Shown: piece after piece, positions 1 to 11,760 of the stretch
How the letters are laid out: each line of letters begins with the position of its first letter
Numbering within the stretch: the first letter of the stretch is position 1
Source of the DNA: Asterias rubens
Taxonomy: Eukaryota
Direction: 5' to 3'
Length of the DNA stretch: 64,000 nt
Assembly (NCBI RefSeq): GCF_902459465.1
Contig: NC_047066.1
Location: forward strand, 9,796,001 to 9,860,000
Made by a program: the position numbers and the translations under genes
The notes under the pieces: model-generated
The model's database searches: none
What the model was told of the DNA's origin: nothing
The model's input: the letters and a program-made list of their open reading frames with translations, nothing else

Positions 1-355
1 CATGGAACCTCCCAGACATTGCAGTTCAGGAAGTCTACAGGCTCAGTGCATCACCAGAACTTGAAAAAAACAAGTTTTATTTTGGTGACAGCATTACATC
101 TAAAAAGTGCAAAGGCTCCAGATGATTGAAAGAAAATTCATTCTGAAATCAGAGACAAATCTTGATAAATATAACAGGGACAGGACTGACCTACATCTAC
201 ACATGGTGTAGTATCTAAGTGAAATTGACTTTTTAGGTTATTAAATCACAATTTTTCAGATTTGTTCCCAAGGTTAAACAAAAATCTGAAAACAGACTAA
301 AGTAGGACAAATATCATGGCTGTAGAGAGACATAAAACAGCAGGAGTAAGCTCAC

Positions 356-3300
356 CTTAGGATTATCTTCCGAGACCTTCTTCAATTTGACGTTCATGAT
401 ATCGGATAATGTCACCATAGCTCGCTGATTAATCTTATTGCCTTCATCCAGAATCTGTACACAATCAAAATAGAGAGAGCGAAAACATTAGGGCTAGATG
501 GCAGATTGCCGGGTCGCAGGTTAAAATCCCGCTCTAATAAATTTTCCCTTCTTCAACCCTCAAATTTATTTAAATTTACCCTGTCAATAGGCCTATCCCC
601 TGTATTTCATTGCTTCTGACTGGCATTCCCGAACCAAGATTTTAACAAAATATCGAGACCGCCTACATATGGTTAGATTGGCATTAATCTGGAGGTCGCA
701 GGTTCAAATGCTGCTCTAATAAATTTTCCTTTCTTCTACCCGAAAATAATTTAAAATTTACCATGTCGGTTTCCCTTCTGTTATCCTCTAGTTGGTGGCA
801 CCCAAGTCAAATGCCATCACTGGGCTTGAAATATACACCGGCCCGAGTCTTTTTGCCTTGGGCCAGTAAACTTATGACCAGACAAGCCTGATGGCCTTTT
901 GATTTTAACGAATATCTACACTCCACTACATCTTTAACTTAATAACTATGTTCAAGTGTGGAACTTGAGTCCAATACAAATCTTTCGATTCTGTTGAGTG
1001 TAAAAGTATGACCCAAAAAGACATAGTAAAAAAGAGAGAGTGTAGAAAGTTTTGTTCTCATAATGTGATTCTGGTCTTCTAACAAATTGTATAAATGCCT
1101 TGCGGTCTTGTGATTTTTGTTAAAAAATTCAAGCCCTGACTTCCGACCACCAAAAGGCGAGCAGGGACTCAGCCACTTCAACGCGGATACCGTCAAGTGG
1201 CTTGACGCCACTAAACTACCCATTTTATTTTATTCAGTGTTCACCTTGGTCCATAGATCAAACGCAAGAAAAAGCCCTGCGTCATGTTGCTGAGTACTAT
1301 TTTACCTTGTCTGTTTTTTTCTTCTTGAATACAAGCTTCTTCTGTGGCTGCGATATGGGTGGCGGTGGTGGGGGTGGAGGGGGAGGCGGAGCTGGAGGGA
1401 GAGGAATAGGGGGTACAGCTGGTAGACAGTTACTAGTCGTCCTCGTCACTGCCTTCATATTGCTACTACTAGTCGACACTGGCGATGGGTTGGTGATGAG
1501 TCTTTCGGAATGCTGGATTGGGCGTGGTGTAGTGCTGGATGCTGGTAGTGGTAAGGATTGTTGGCAGTTACACTTCACGATCACATTCACAGTCGGATCA
1601 ACTTTCCTGGCCTGTGGAGTTTTAATTGTTAGAACTATAGCTGAATTAAAGGCACTGAACACTATTCGTAATGACTCAAGTAACGTTGTTTCTGACAAAG
1701 AGTTAATTTCTCACTCAAATATTTAAGTAACATTGCAGAACTGGTTTTTGCTATTAAAACAGTTACTGGCACTTTAATCCAACCTACCATATTCATAAAA
1801 CTTGACAAACGGTTGAAACCTGATAGAAGTTTAAGATCGATCGGCCATCTTGGTCACAAGAAATTATTTTATTATTTGCTGTACAACCAGATGTGGGGAG
1901 GCAGGTCTACGGACCACAGTAATTACTTTGCTTTTGTTTCTCCTAGCCCATCTGGAAGTATTTTTGTATTGTCTTGTGTCATTGAATTAACTAAAAAATT
2001 ATCAATAAATAATAATATAAAAAAACCTGCTTCACCAAGCTGTCTCATTTTTTTGGGGGGACAGAATCTCCAGGGGACAGATTTTCTGAGGACACCTGCC
2101 TCAGAATCGGGAAGTTCTTGAGGAAATGTTGTGGCCGAGCAGTTAAGAGCACCGAATTCAAACTCTGGTGTTTTTGATAAGCAGAGTGTGGGTTCGAATC
2201 CCCAGCCGTGACACTTGTGTCCTTAAGCAAGACACTTCACCATCTTTCAGATGAGACGTTAAGCCGTGGGTCCCATGTGTTATGTAATACATGTAAAAGA
2301 ACCCAGTGCACTTATCGAAAAGAGAAGGCATTCGCCCCGGTGTTCCTGGTCCAATCGGCAGCAAATTGCACCACAGCAGCTTGTAAAACATTACACGGTG
2401 CTATCAGAATTAGGTCTCATAATTCAAAACGTAGTCCCACATCTTGCAGGACATACTGTATGTTACAGCGCCAGGAGCGTCACTGAGTGACAGACATGAG
2501 CGCTATATAAAAAGCCACAATTATTATTATACCGTATACCATACCTTGGTTGTATGTGCTTTGAGTTGTTCTATCTGTCCCTGTAACAGCAGTAGTTGTT
2601 CTTTGGTCTCTTTAAGTTCTCTGTGATACACCCTGGATGGGAATATTGTATCCTTCATCCAGTCAAGACTCTGACAAAAAAAAAAGTTTAATAACAATAC
2701 CGTAATAATGATACTAAGTTCTTGTATAGTGCTTTATCCCACCCTTAAGGGCCGTATCAGAGCGCTCATTCAATTTTCCTGCAAAGGTATGTAAGAGTTA
2801 CGTTTCGAAGTATGAGAACTATTCCATTAAAGGCAGTGGACACTATTGGTAATTACTCAAAATAATTATCAGCATAAAACCTCAATGGTACCATTAAAAC
2901 ATTGTGAGAAACGGCTCCATCCAAAGTGACATATTTCGAGAAAGAAGTAATGATCCATGAATTTAATTTCGAAACCTCAAGTTTAGAATTTGAGGTCTCT
3001 AAATCAAGCATCTGAAAGCACACAACTTCGTGTGAGAAGGGTATTTTTTTCGTTCATAGTTATCTCGCAACTCCGATGACCAATCAAGCTCAAATTTTCA
3101 CAGGTTTGTTATGTTGAGATACACCAAGTGAGAAGAATGGTCTTTGACAATTACCAATAGTGTCAAGTGGATTAAAGCAACCATGAAATGGTTTACAAGG
3201 ATGCTGTGCTGTGGTGGAATATGCTGCCAATCAAACAAGGATCGCCTTCTTTTTTCCAAAGTGCACTGGGTACGTGTGATTACATAACACAAGGGACCAA

Positions 3301-4731
3301 AGATTTTTCTGTCCCATCCCAGCATCATGGTGATCAGAAACACCAAAGCTCGAGTCCGATGCTCTTAACAAATAGGCCACCCAGCACGCCAAGATTCAGT
3401 CAGTGTATGACTAAAGAGTGGCACACAACCTTGCATGTTTTCCGAGAATTAGAATCAGCCGTTGCAAAGAACCGATGTTATCATTAATGCAAGAAATAAT
3501 TAATGGCCTGATGTTTCGACACTAATACAGCTGTTAATGTGTGTTGTATTGTGATTTAGCCTTTTAAAAAGAAAGACTATGCTAGGGTTTACATAACAGG
3601 CCATTTTTTATTTGTTTACCGGGCTTAAGTCATTAGCTTAGCCAGTCAATGTTTGCAAGCCCAACCCTGTGTTGGTACACACTTACTTGGTTGACTCTGT
3701 CAGTGCACCATCTTAAAGGCCCAAGTAGTGAGACTTCCGGCAGAGGCAGCCATGTTGTAATGTCGATGCTTAGCAGAGGCAAAGGAGAAAGAGTCGTCCC
3801 ATCATCATGGTCAGATGTACAATCCATCATGCTGTCACTGTTGATCGTTGGTGAAGAAAGTGTGTCAAATTACTATTTTATCACTTGCGGATAAATATTA
3901 TTCCTTAGCAGCTATTCTGGCACCACTGTGGCTAGTCATGTCTAATGGATTTGGGCTTGTCAAAGACTCGTGTCCAGTCATGCCAGTTGGTGTTTTTGTG
4001 ACCTTGTACATATTTTGTCTTCTTCTATGGTCACCTTGCCAGTTAGTTTAGAATTTTAGCATAGATACTGTTAGAGGCGTTTGTCTCCTGAAAAGGTCAA
4101 AACATTACCGATGCCAGCAGAGATAGGCCTATGTAATAAGTAATTAATTAGTTCTCTGTTGGCGGGACAGACGTATCCCCATACTTTTGTTTGGGCACTG
4201 GCCTGGTGACCAGTCTTTTTTCTTTGTCTTTTTCTTCCACTCTGTGCTTTTTAGTAAGTGTTCTGCGCCTCTGATCATTTTGTATCTAAAGGGCGCATTA
4301 TAAGTTTTAAATATTATTATTATTATTATTTTCCCAAGAGGGATCTGGCCCCCATGCTAAAAATCACTTGCCCCGGGCCTGAGGTCCAGTGTTAACTTTG
4401 AGCCCTTCTCCACGCATTCAAATGTGAAGTGGCCCGCCTTGCCAACAATGACTACTGTACAAATGTACCTCACTAGTTTTCCCCAATACATGCATGATAT
4501 TTGGGCCTTGTAAAAAAACGGATTTTTTTTTATTAATTATAACGTTTTTGGGGACACCAGTGTTTGGAGAAAAAAACTGCCACTTGAACAAGATGGTGAA
4601 GGTGTTTATTACCTGGAAGAGTTTAGCTGTTGCTGTCCTTCGAGATTGCAGTTTCTTGGATGATATGGGTGATGCCGACGCCTTCGATGTTTCTTAAAAT
4701 AGAGACGGCGACGTCTCTGTGATCTAGCCAT
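356..4731 (-). CDS. PRR11: Proline-rich protein 11-like; 3' end not resolved (probably continues past the left edge). Exons: complement(4613..4731, 3687..3837, 2545..2670, 1306..1611, 356..454)
   Basis: Phase-consistent GT-AG exons translate MARSQRRRRLYFKKH..., WLPLPEVSLLGPLRWCTDRV, SLDWMKDTIFPSRVYHREL (cf. human SLEVLKDTIFPSRICHREL), a CNC + poly-Pro exon, and MVTLSDIMNVKLKKV (cf. human ITVKDLLTVKLKK). Family comparisons are from memory of the human protein. Confidence 0.85.
2128..2530 (+). mobile_element. Full-length tRNA-derived SINE (core-domain type) in a PRR11 intron
   Basis: A box TGGCCGAGCAGTTAAG, B box GGTTCGAATCC, core CCTTAAGCAAGACACTT, tail GCGCTATATAAAAG...(TTA)n. Related copies at ~14921-15308 (-) and ~3186-3320 (-). 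Confidence 0.8.
2831..3171. mobile_element. Kolobok-type MITE (AGGCAGTGGACAC family), degenerate right end
   Basis: TTAA followed by AGGCAGTGGACACTATTGG; body shared with copies at 30988, 35270 and elsewhere. Confidence 0.75.
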
Positions 4732-5148
4732 AGGAATCTTCCTTATTCAGATTGGTGGTTTTCAAAGAGTTTGTTGCCTGCAACTGCAAGAGATGAAATC
4801 TGAAGAAAAAAAATGTCAAACTGTGAAATAAAATCAAACTCAAGTTGTACTGTTACTTAAAATGGTCACTAACCACTAAAAAACAAATCACACTAGGGAC
4901 ACTATGAATATATGAACGGAATTTCAGCTTCTCAAAACAGGTAAAAAATAAAGAAAATCGTAGTCAAATTTGTGTTCGCATTGTAAAGAACCTTTATACT
5001 CAGGACGTCAGTGCAGTGGCACTGACTGACGTCCTACCACTCCAGGGCTAGCCATAGTGTTACTATCCACAGGTAACTAAAAAAGGAATTTAGTGCTAGT
5101 GTTACCACTACCACTCAGTGTTATAAATTAATTAATAATACTTTTAGT

Positions 5149-5622
5149 TGGGTCCTACTACTTGCCGTCAACTCGCCGTCAACTCACTAGCGCCGTCAAC
5201 TCGCCGTCAACTCCTCCAATATACATTTAAAATCCACAAAAGAAGCATAGAACTGTAAAGTATCAGCTCAAAGAGAATTTGCGTAATTTTTAGGTCATAT
5301 TTATGAACAAAAATTGAGGTTTTTTTCTCGTGAAAAAATTATATCGAGGCAGCAAAACCGTCGGCCGCCATCTTGCTTTTTCACATTGATTAGTCTTGGC
5401 CCAAGATGTCAATGATTGGTACTTTTTTTTTATCAACACAAAGTCGTTTTTGTGAATGAATTGTTACCGAAAACCATGAGAAATATGTAGTTTAGCCCAG
5501 ACTTAACACTTCCGTGCCCCTTTTATAGATTTTTCATGTAAATTTAATGAGTTGACGGCACGAAAATGAGTTGACGGCGAGTTGACGGCAAGTCGGCGAG
5601 TTGACGGCAAGTAGTAGGACCG
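5149..5622. mobile_element. MITE with TIR GGTCCTACTACTTGCCG and subterminal GCCGTCAACTC repeats
   Basis: Inverted termini 5151 GGTCCTACTACTTGCCG / CGGCAAGTAGTAGGACC 5621; flanking 8-bp direct repeat CTTTTAGT (5141-5148, 5623-5630). Confidence 0.8.
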
Positions 5623-6176
5623 CTTTTAGTGTGTTATTAATCATGTATTAGCCTACCTGTCACACTCACACTCACCACAGACCTTTTTCAGTCCCTTCGG
5701 CTTCACACTCAGTGTCAGTGACTCACTCACACACAGCACAGGGCAGGCTCTACTAGTACCGTGTAGGCAGATCACACTATTTTTCAAAGTTCTGCCAATG
5801 CCTTCAAAGTTTGTCTCATATGTTTTAGCTTGATAAAAGAAACAAAGAACTGAAAAGCAAATTGAAATCCGACATTCGATTCTCTTTTTATGCAAATTTT
5901 TGTTTATTGTTTAAAGCACCTGTTTTAACCATTTACGGGCAAAAAGTGGAAAATGCTTTCTTTTCAGTTTTTCCTTTAAGTTTTCATTGTTTTTTCTCAA
6001 TTTTAAACCCTGTTAGTGTTTCTTTTCTTATAGTACACAGGTCAAACCTACTTGCAAAAGAGAAATGGAGGTTCTATTACATTGAATTTTTTTTTTTACG
6101 GTCACCAAAAATGGCACATTATCCAAAATTCCATAACGGGAAACCCCAAAATGTTCCAAAAATGACTAAGTCCAGC

Positions 6177-6590
6177 TAATTAAATATGCGTGAGGCTCTC
6201 CTGGGGTAACTAAAGTAGTTACAGCTATGAAACTTGGCACAATTCTTGTTTGTGTATAGACATTTTTTTTAAAGTGTATATTTCAAAGTTTTACACGCCA
6301 TTATGCAAATTAGCCTAATTAATTATTCATTTTGTATGCAAAATTACCTAATTAAATATGCGTAAGGCTCTCCTGGGGTAACTAAAGTAGTTACAGCTAT
6401 GAAACTTGGCACAATTCTTGTTTGTGTATAGACATTTTTTTTAAAGTGTATATTTCAAAGTTTTACACGCCATTATGCAAATAAGCCTAATTAATTATTC
6501 ATTTTGTACGCAAAATTACCTTATTAAAAATGCGTGAGACTCTCCTGGGTTAACGCAAGCACCTACAACCATGAAACTTGGCACAATGAA
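6177..6590. repeat. 172-bp tandem repeat (two near-identical units plus a diverged partial third) carrying ATGAAACTTGGCACA
   Basis: Unit starts at 6177, 6349 and 6521. Confidence 0.9.
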
Positions 6591-7267
6591 AGTTTGTTAT
6601 TTTACAGTACATTGTAGTTATTTACATGGTTTCATACATCATTCTGAGAATTCCACACAACTGCAAACCAGACCATTATACTGGTGCATCTCATACAGAG
6701 AATGAGAAACGTCAACAATTTGCAAATAATTATGTCAATTAGCATCTTACATGGTTTTGCAGTAGCACCACGTGTTTATGTGTCTAATAATAAATTTTAT
6801 GAGATGTGATGGTTCTAAAATGAGAGGTTGGTGTTACAACTTGAGCTGATCGTCTTTCTCCTGAAGACAATCAGAGCATATTGATCAAAATGTTGAGTTG
6901 CAAACACCAAGGGTTCTTTTCAGATCCACCACAACTGCAAACCAGATAAACAAAAATATATCTTTCCTTTTCATGAGATTAGATTTATAGTGGGATCATA
7001 TTACCTAAAGTTCATGTACATTTTATACCATTATGTACAACCTCCATATCAAGAAAGTATGTAGATACATAATTTCTTTTCTGAGTGTAGATAATGTTCA
7101 CAACTGACTAATTATTGTGAAATTTTTAAAGAAGAAAAATAAATAAAAAATTGTAAACATGGAGTAAAGTGTACACTATGTTACTTTAAATGCATCATGA
7201 TCACCTTTTATACTGTTGTGTGTAAACTACATGTGCCTTACAGGGAGATGTTGTGTTATAAGATGAT

Positions 7268-10200
7268 TTACATTAAATCTAGTGTGCCCTCATCCCATTC
7301 CTTTTCCAGTGGATAACATAGCATTTCCTGATATGGAGGGTCGTACATAATGGTATAAAATGTGTGCACCCCAATGTATTTTCTATCACCCGGTTCGACC
7401 AATTCATCAATGTCTGCTTCTGTTGCTTTCCTTAGGACAATGGCCTTATACTCGACTAAATCTCCCCCTTTAGACTCTAGGAACATATGGCGTATTCTTT
7501 TTTGGATTATCCGATCCCCTGGAAATGGACCTTTACATCTCTTTTTGGTGGGAGACAACTTGGATAGAAGTTTCTTTTTCAGTTCACTTTTCTGCTGCTC
7601 TTTGTCTATGTGTTCATGTGATGAAGAACTCTGTGAGGTGCCTGCGTCTTCATCTGGGATATCTTGTGTTATTATCTGTTTAATAATATTTCTCAAGTTA
7701 CTTTCCAGCTGATCTACACTTAGTTTCTTTCCTTTGTTGGTGAGATAGAAGAGGTCTTTTTGAACTCCTCCTTTGCTGGCACTCTTCCAATGCTTTATTT
7801 GGGTTGTCAAGGCTTGTTCAAGATCCTTTCCCTTATGTTTGTCTTTCAAATGGTCTACATCTTTTGGGGAGTTGAACAGGATGCCGCAGACCTTCAAAGC
7901 ATTTCCAGTGTTTTCAACTGCTTGTTTCGTAAGGAAGCGCTGTCTGGCTTCCTTTTTTTCTTGATTCATTTTCAATTTATCAGCAACAGTTTTTTTTATT
8001 GCAGCACTCTTGCGCTGATATAATTTAAAAAATGAGCTTCGATGCTTGCGCGCATCACCTAGGAATTTATTTCTTGTGTCCTCATCCATATCATCTAGGT
8101 ATTCTCTCGTCTTATTCAAGCTCCAGAGGAGAATGCCTTCAAAGGCCACTGTATTGGCATTAGGCATCTTACGCCTAAGATAATCGCAAACATGCATCGA
8201 GACCTGCAAACATACGCTCAGGAGCAAGATTGTCCTTAGGGCAGGTAAATGTTTCTTCTCTGAGATCAGTAGCGTTGTAAAACCTTCCCCCTGGAAGATG
8301 ATCAGCGACCTGACGACTGATGCACACATGAAGATTGTGCATTATCACAGAGAGTGCTTGCTTGGTCAGGTTTTCAATGTTACCTGTTGTTCGTTCATAT
8401 AGGGACGTGTGGATTTCATTCTTTACTGGTGGGAATTCTGGAAACAGGATAGTACTGTCATTGACGAGTGGGGAGGGGTCTATCATCCACTCTTGGACTT
8501 TCTGGTGCAGCCTGGTATAGAATTTGTCTGTGTCGAGTACATGGAGATTACTTTGAACCATCTGCATTAGTGGAGTCGTTATATGCTGGGATATAATCCC
8601 CATTGCTCTCATCCCTGCCAGTATTATTTCATCCTGCAGGTCTAGTTTGAGACATTTAACAAACATGTTTTCCTCGCGCTTGGAGTCGAGAGATGAGCAC
8701 AGCGTGTTGAAATGTTCTCTATGGTGGAACACCGCAGCAGAATTCTGGAATGGGATGTTGAAACGATTCCCTCGGTATGATTGAAGATGTGATTTGCATT
8801 GATGATGTGTTTTCAATACAGATTTGAAATCTTCAACCATGCCGGATTGTTCATCACATTCTGGTCCTAATAAATTACAGAATGAACGGACAGTAAGTAT
8901 TGTTGCACTCTCCTTTCCCCTACTCCACAGCATTTTGTTTTCCCTCCCCAGTTTTCCATCATCTGCCTCGATACGTTCCCACTCGTACAGTGCAGAGGCA
9001 GCATACTCTTGAAGATTAAGAACTAAGTGCTTTCCGCAGAAAAGATCATTGATGGTGCTAAGTTGATGTTTGACATCATCATCAATCTCTTCCCAATTGT
9101 CAGTCACCTGTGGTAGTGCAGCAGCTCTCCATTTTTCTAGTGTTGTGATGTAAGCCTTATTTACGATGCATCGGTCAGTCATTGTGTTCTTTATTTTGGC
9201 TAAAAGTTTAAGGGTTTGCTTTGGGTCGTCCTTTATGTTCAGCATGATCAACTCGTCCAGTGTGTCCTTCGTCTCTTCAAGTAAGCTCTCTGCGCTTTCA
9301 GTGTGGATGTCATGAAGGCTCATGCCAACAGTCCCCGCATCTGTGGAAGCTAAAAAAGTTGTATATCCCTTCCTCTTCTTGGTTGGAACTCTGTAAGATG
9401 TTTCCAGAAAATTCTTAAGTGGGTCATGTCGTAGTTTCTGTCGCTTTAGAGCCAAGTTGTGCCAGTTAGTCTGGATAGTGCCAATTGGTGGAGGACTGAA
9501 ATCTGCTGAAAACAGATTTGGCCACCATGTGTCCCGAACAGTTTGCCAGGTTGTGTTTGAAGTCTCCCGGAACCAATTTAGTTCAATGATCATTGCATTG
9601 TTGAGGTTTTGTGCACTTAAGTCTGTTGAATGAAGTAGCGAGTCTGGTGTTAATCTGCTCTTTTCACAGTGTGGTCCAATGGTGTGCTTGTAGTGTTTTG
9701 CAAATTCAGGCACTTCTTGGAGGAGGTCTACTGTGGTGTGGGTTCGTTTTGATTTGGCTACATGTCGTTGTACTTTTTGGAGTAGTCCATTTAAGTTGGT
9801 ACTGGTAGGCAAGTTGAGGTTGAGGGCAGAAAATATTGGTGGGAAATCACGTTTGTAGCTTTTGGTGGTCGAGTGCTCAATACGATATCTGATTGTCTCC
9901 AACAACGCTGTGGTCAGAATTCCATTCCAATGATCTGGTGAAAAGAAAAAAAACATGAAAAAAAAAAAAATAAAAATAAATTACATTTTTTGTTTGGGGC
10001 ATATTTTCTCTTTCCGTGACAGTTAAAAATAGTGAATGAAAGAGGCACATTCAAAAGGGTTAAATTAATTTTGTTAGGAATATGTAGCCACTTTCCATCA
10101 CAGAGCTTTATCAATCCATAGAGCAATAAACTAGACTCCATGATCAATCTGAATCAAAACTTTGCAAAATGTAAACAAGCCGACAAACTATTCCCACGAC

Positions 10201-10780
10201 CATACGGAGTACCAGCAATAAATGGAACAGCCTTGATCAAGACAATAGCGACATCCGGTTGGTCAACCGCTTGATAAATGTGTCACGTGACTTTTTTTTT
10301 AGACGTTACGTTCACTGTACACCCGCCCTGAATTACTCATTTCTCTTAACTTTCCGAACTTTACTCTCTGATTTTACACAACAAATCTACACAGAGGGTA
10401 ATTTTATAACGATATTATTAAAATATATTATCTTGAAAATTGAGGAAAGTATTTATTTCTTACCTGGAACGCTGTATTCCGTAAGCAACAGGTCAATTTC
10501 GTCTGATGTCCAGCCAGAGATATGTTCAACTTCACACGCGAACGCTTGGTCATTGAACTCAACTGCTGCCGGAGGCTCTGAATTGACAAAACAAACATGT
10601 CCTATTTTAGAGCGCTATTACTGAGAGCAACGGATAACGAAATTCAACAATCTGCACATCATAACAAACTTTAGAATGTCTATTTTCATATTCTAATATA
10701 GAAGTATTCATATTTGAGATATATAGGGAAAAAACGGGTGGCTTACCTGCTCGCCGTTTCCCGCTTCTACTGGCCGCCAT
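7268..10780 (-). pseudogene. Intron-containing hAT-like (CxxH) DDE transposase with C-terminal Spin/Ssty Tudor-like domain; frameshifted. Exons: complement(10747..10780, 10464..10577, 7268..9934)
   Basis: aaaATGGCGG start and canonical splice sites. Motifs KNTMTDR (D, 9174-9176), FCGKHLVLNL (9027-9038) and DNLAPERMFAGLD (E, 8217-8219). Removing a 13-bp insertion (8183-8195) fuses the 593- and 353-aa ORFs into 2802 nt (933 aa + stop). No TIRs found. Confidence 0.75.
10117..10142. mobile_element. P-superfamily-like excision footprint (asymmetric) with 7-bp TSD ATCAATC
   Basis: ATCAATC-CATAGAGCAATAAACTAGACTCCATG-ATCAATC (TSD 10110-10116 and 10143-10149). Confidence 0.7.
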
Positions 10781-11554
10781 TTTGGAAATTTCGAGAACGT
10801 ACGCATATCTCTGGAGCAGAGTTTCCCCATCCTAAAAATAGCTTCACAGGGTCCCTACGTCACCGACTCACTCCAGAATCGTCCATTATAGAAGAGAATA
10901 GGGGGGATTAAGCTGCGAGGTGGTATTTTTTCCCCTCCCACGCGCCGTCGCTGCGCGCCGGACCGACAAACTAAGTAACCCAAAACTACTGTAAAATCTA
11001 TATTTCTTGACCAATTTGGATCAAATGAGCAGACAAACACAGGGGAAGTCTATATTTTTTAGTAATGTAATTGTTTTCTTTATTGAATTATCCAATTCTC
11101 CCTTAAACGACTTTGATCTGTACCAATCTTTTCACATTCGACCGTGCCGACCGTTGTACGTGTGAGAATATGCACGGTCGGCTGAAATGTTTACGTGCAG
11201 AGTACATGTACTAATACTCCTACTACGTACTCACTAGTTTTTTTAGTACTACTCTTTTTTTTTAAGTCAAACTCTAAGTCTAAACTAATCTAAAAAGATT
11301 CAAAATCCACTGCATGAGCCATTTATTGTTAGACCTAGTAAGGACTGTAAGACTAGAGCCTCTGTCTCAAAGTCAAACCGTTTGTATTTATTAAATTTTA
11401 ATAAGGCTGAGCACACCCATTGACACAGTGGTGACTGACTCAACTGCTGACTTCATTGATTAACAATACAACATTGAAATTTGTCAACTTCAAAAACGGC
11501 CCGTTTTTAAATTGCTTATTTTGACTATTATTCAGGGAGTGATATTAAACATAC

Positions 11555-11760
11555 CTGGGTCCCTGCACATAACGTTTAGCATCGGTGAAAAAAAGCTTGT
11601 AGTCAAAGCCAGACACAGTTCCTTTGCAGTGTTTAAAAACGCGTTTTTGTTGTGTTTTGTCGGACAAGAAAATACGACAAATCAAATTTCCCGCAGCAAA
11701 ATACACAACCGTTTCATAGTTTTGCTCCCTGACGTCTTAAGCGACATTCTGTCAAATTTT
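11555..11760 (-). other. PRR11: Putative non-coding first exon of PRR11 (upstream boundary approximate)
   Basis: Strong donor CCAG|GTATG at 11555/11554; divergent from the SPNS1 first exon; no better first-exon candidate seen nearer 4799. Confidence 0.4.

Noticed and set aside
939-1223. Minus-strand ORF as an extra PRR11 exon
   Set aside because: No convincing splice sites or PRR11 similarity; the flanking exons already join in phase.
1202-1726. 174-aa Gly-rich plus-strand ORF
   Set aside because: Antisense shadow of the PRR11 poly-Pro exon.
2128-2200. tRNA gene candidates (also ~500-720, 18170-18240, 26960-27060, 28575-28640, 36170-36240)
   Set aside because: A and B boxes are present but there is no closed cloverleaf; they are SINE heads.
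5149-11300. Idea that the 5149 MITE, or the P-type footprints, are the ends of the 7268-10780 transposase element
   Set aside because: No matching terminus was found on the other side of the gene, and no sequence links the TIRs to it.
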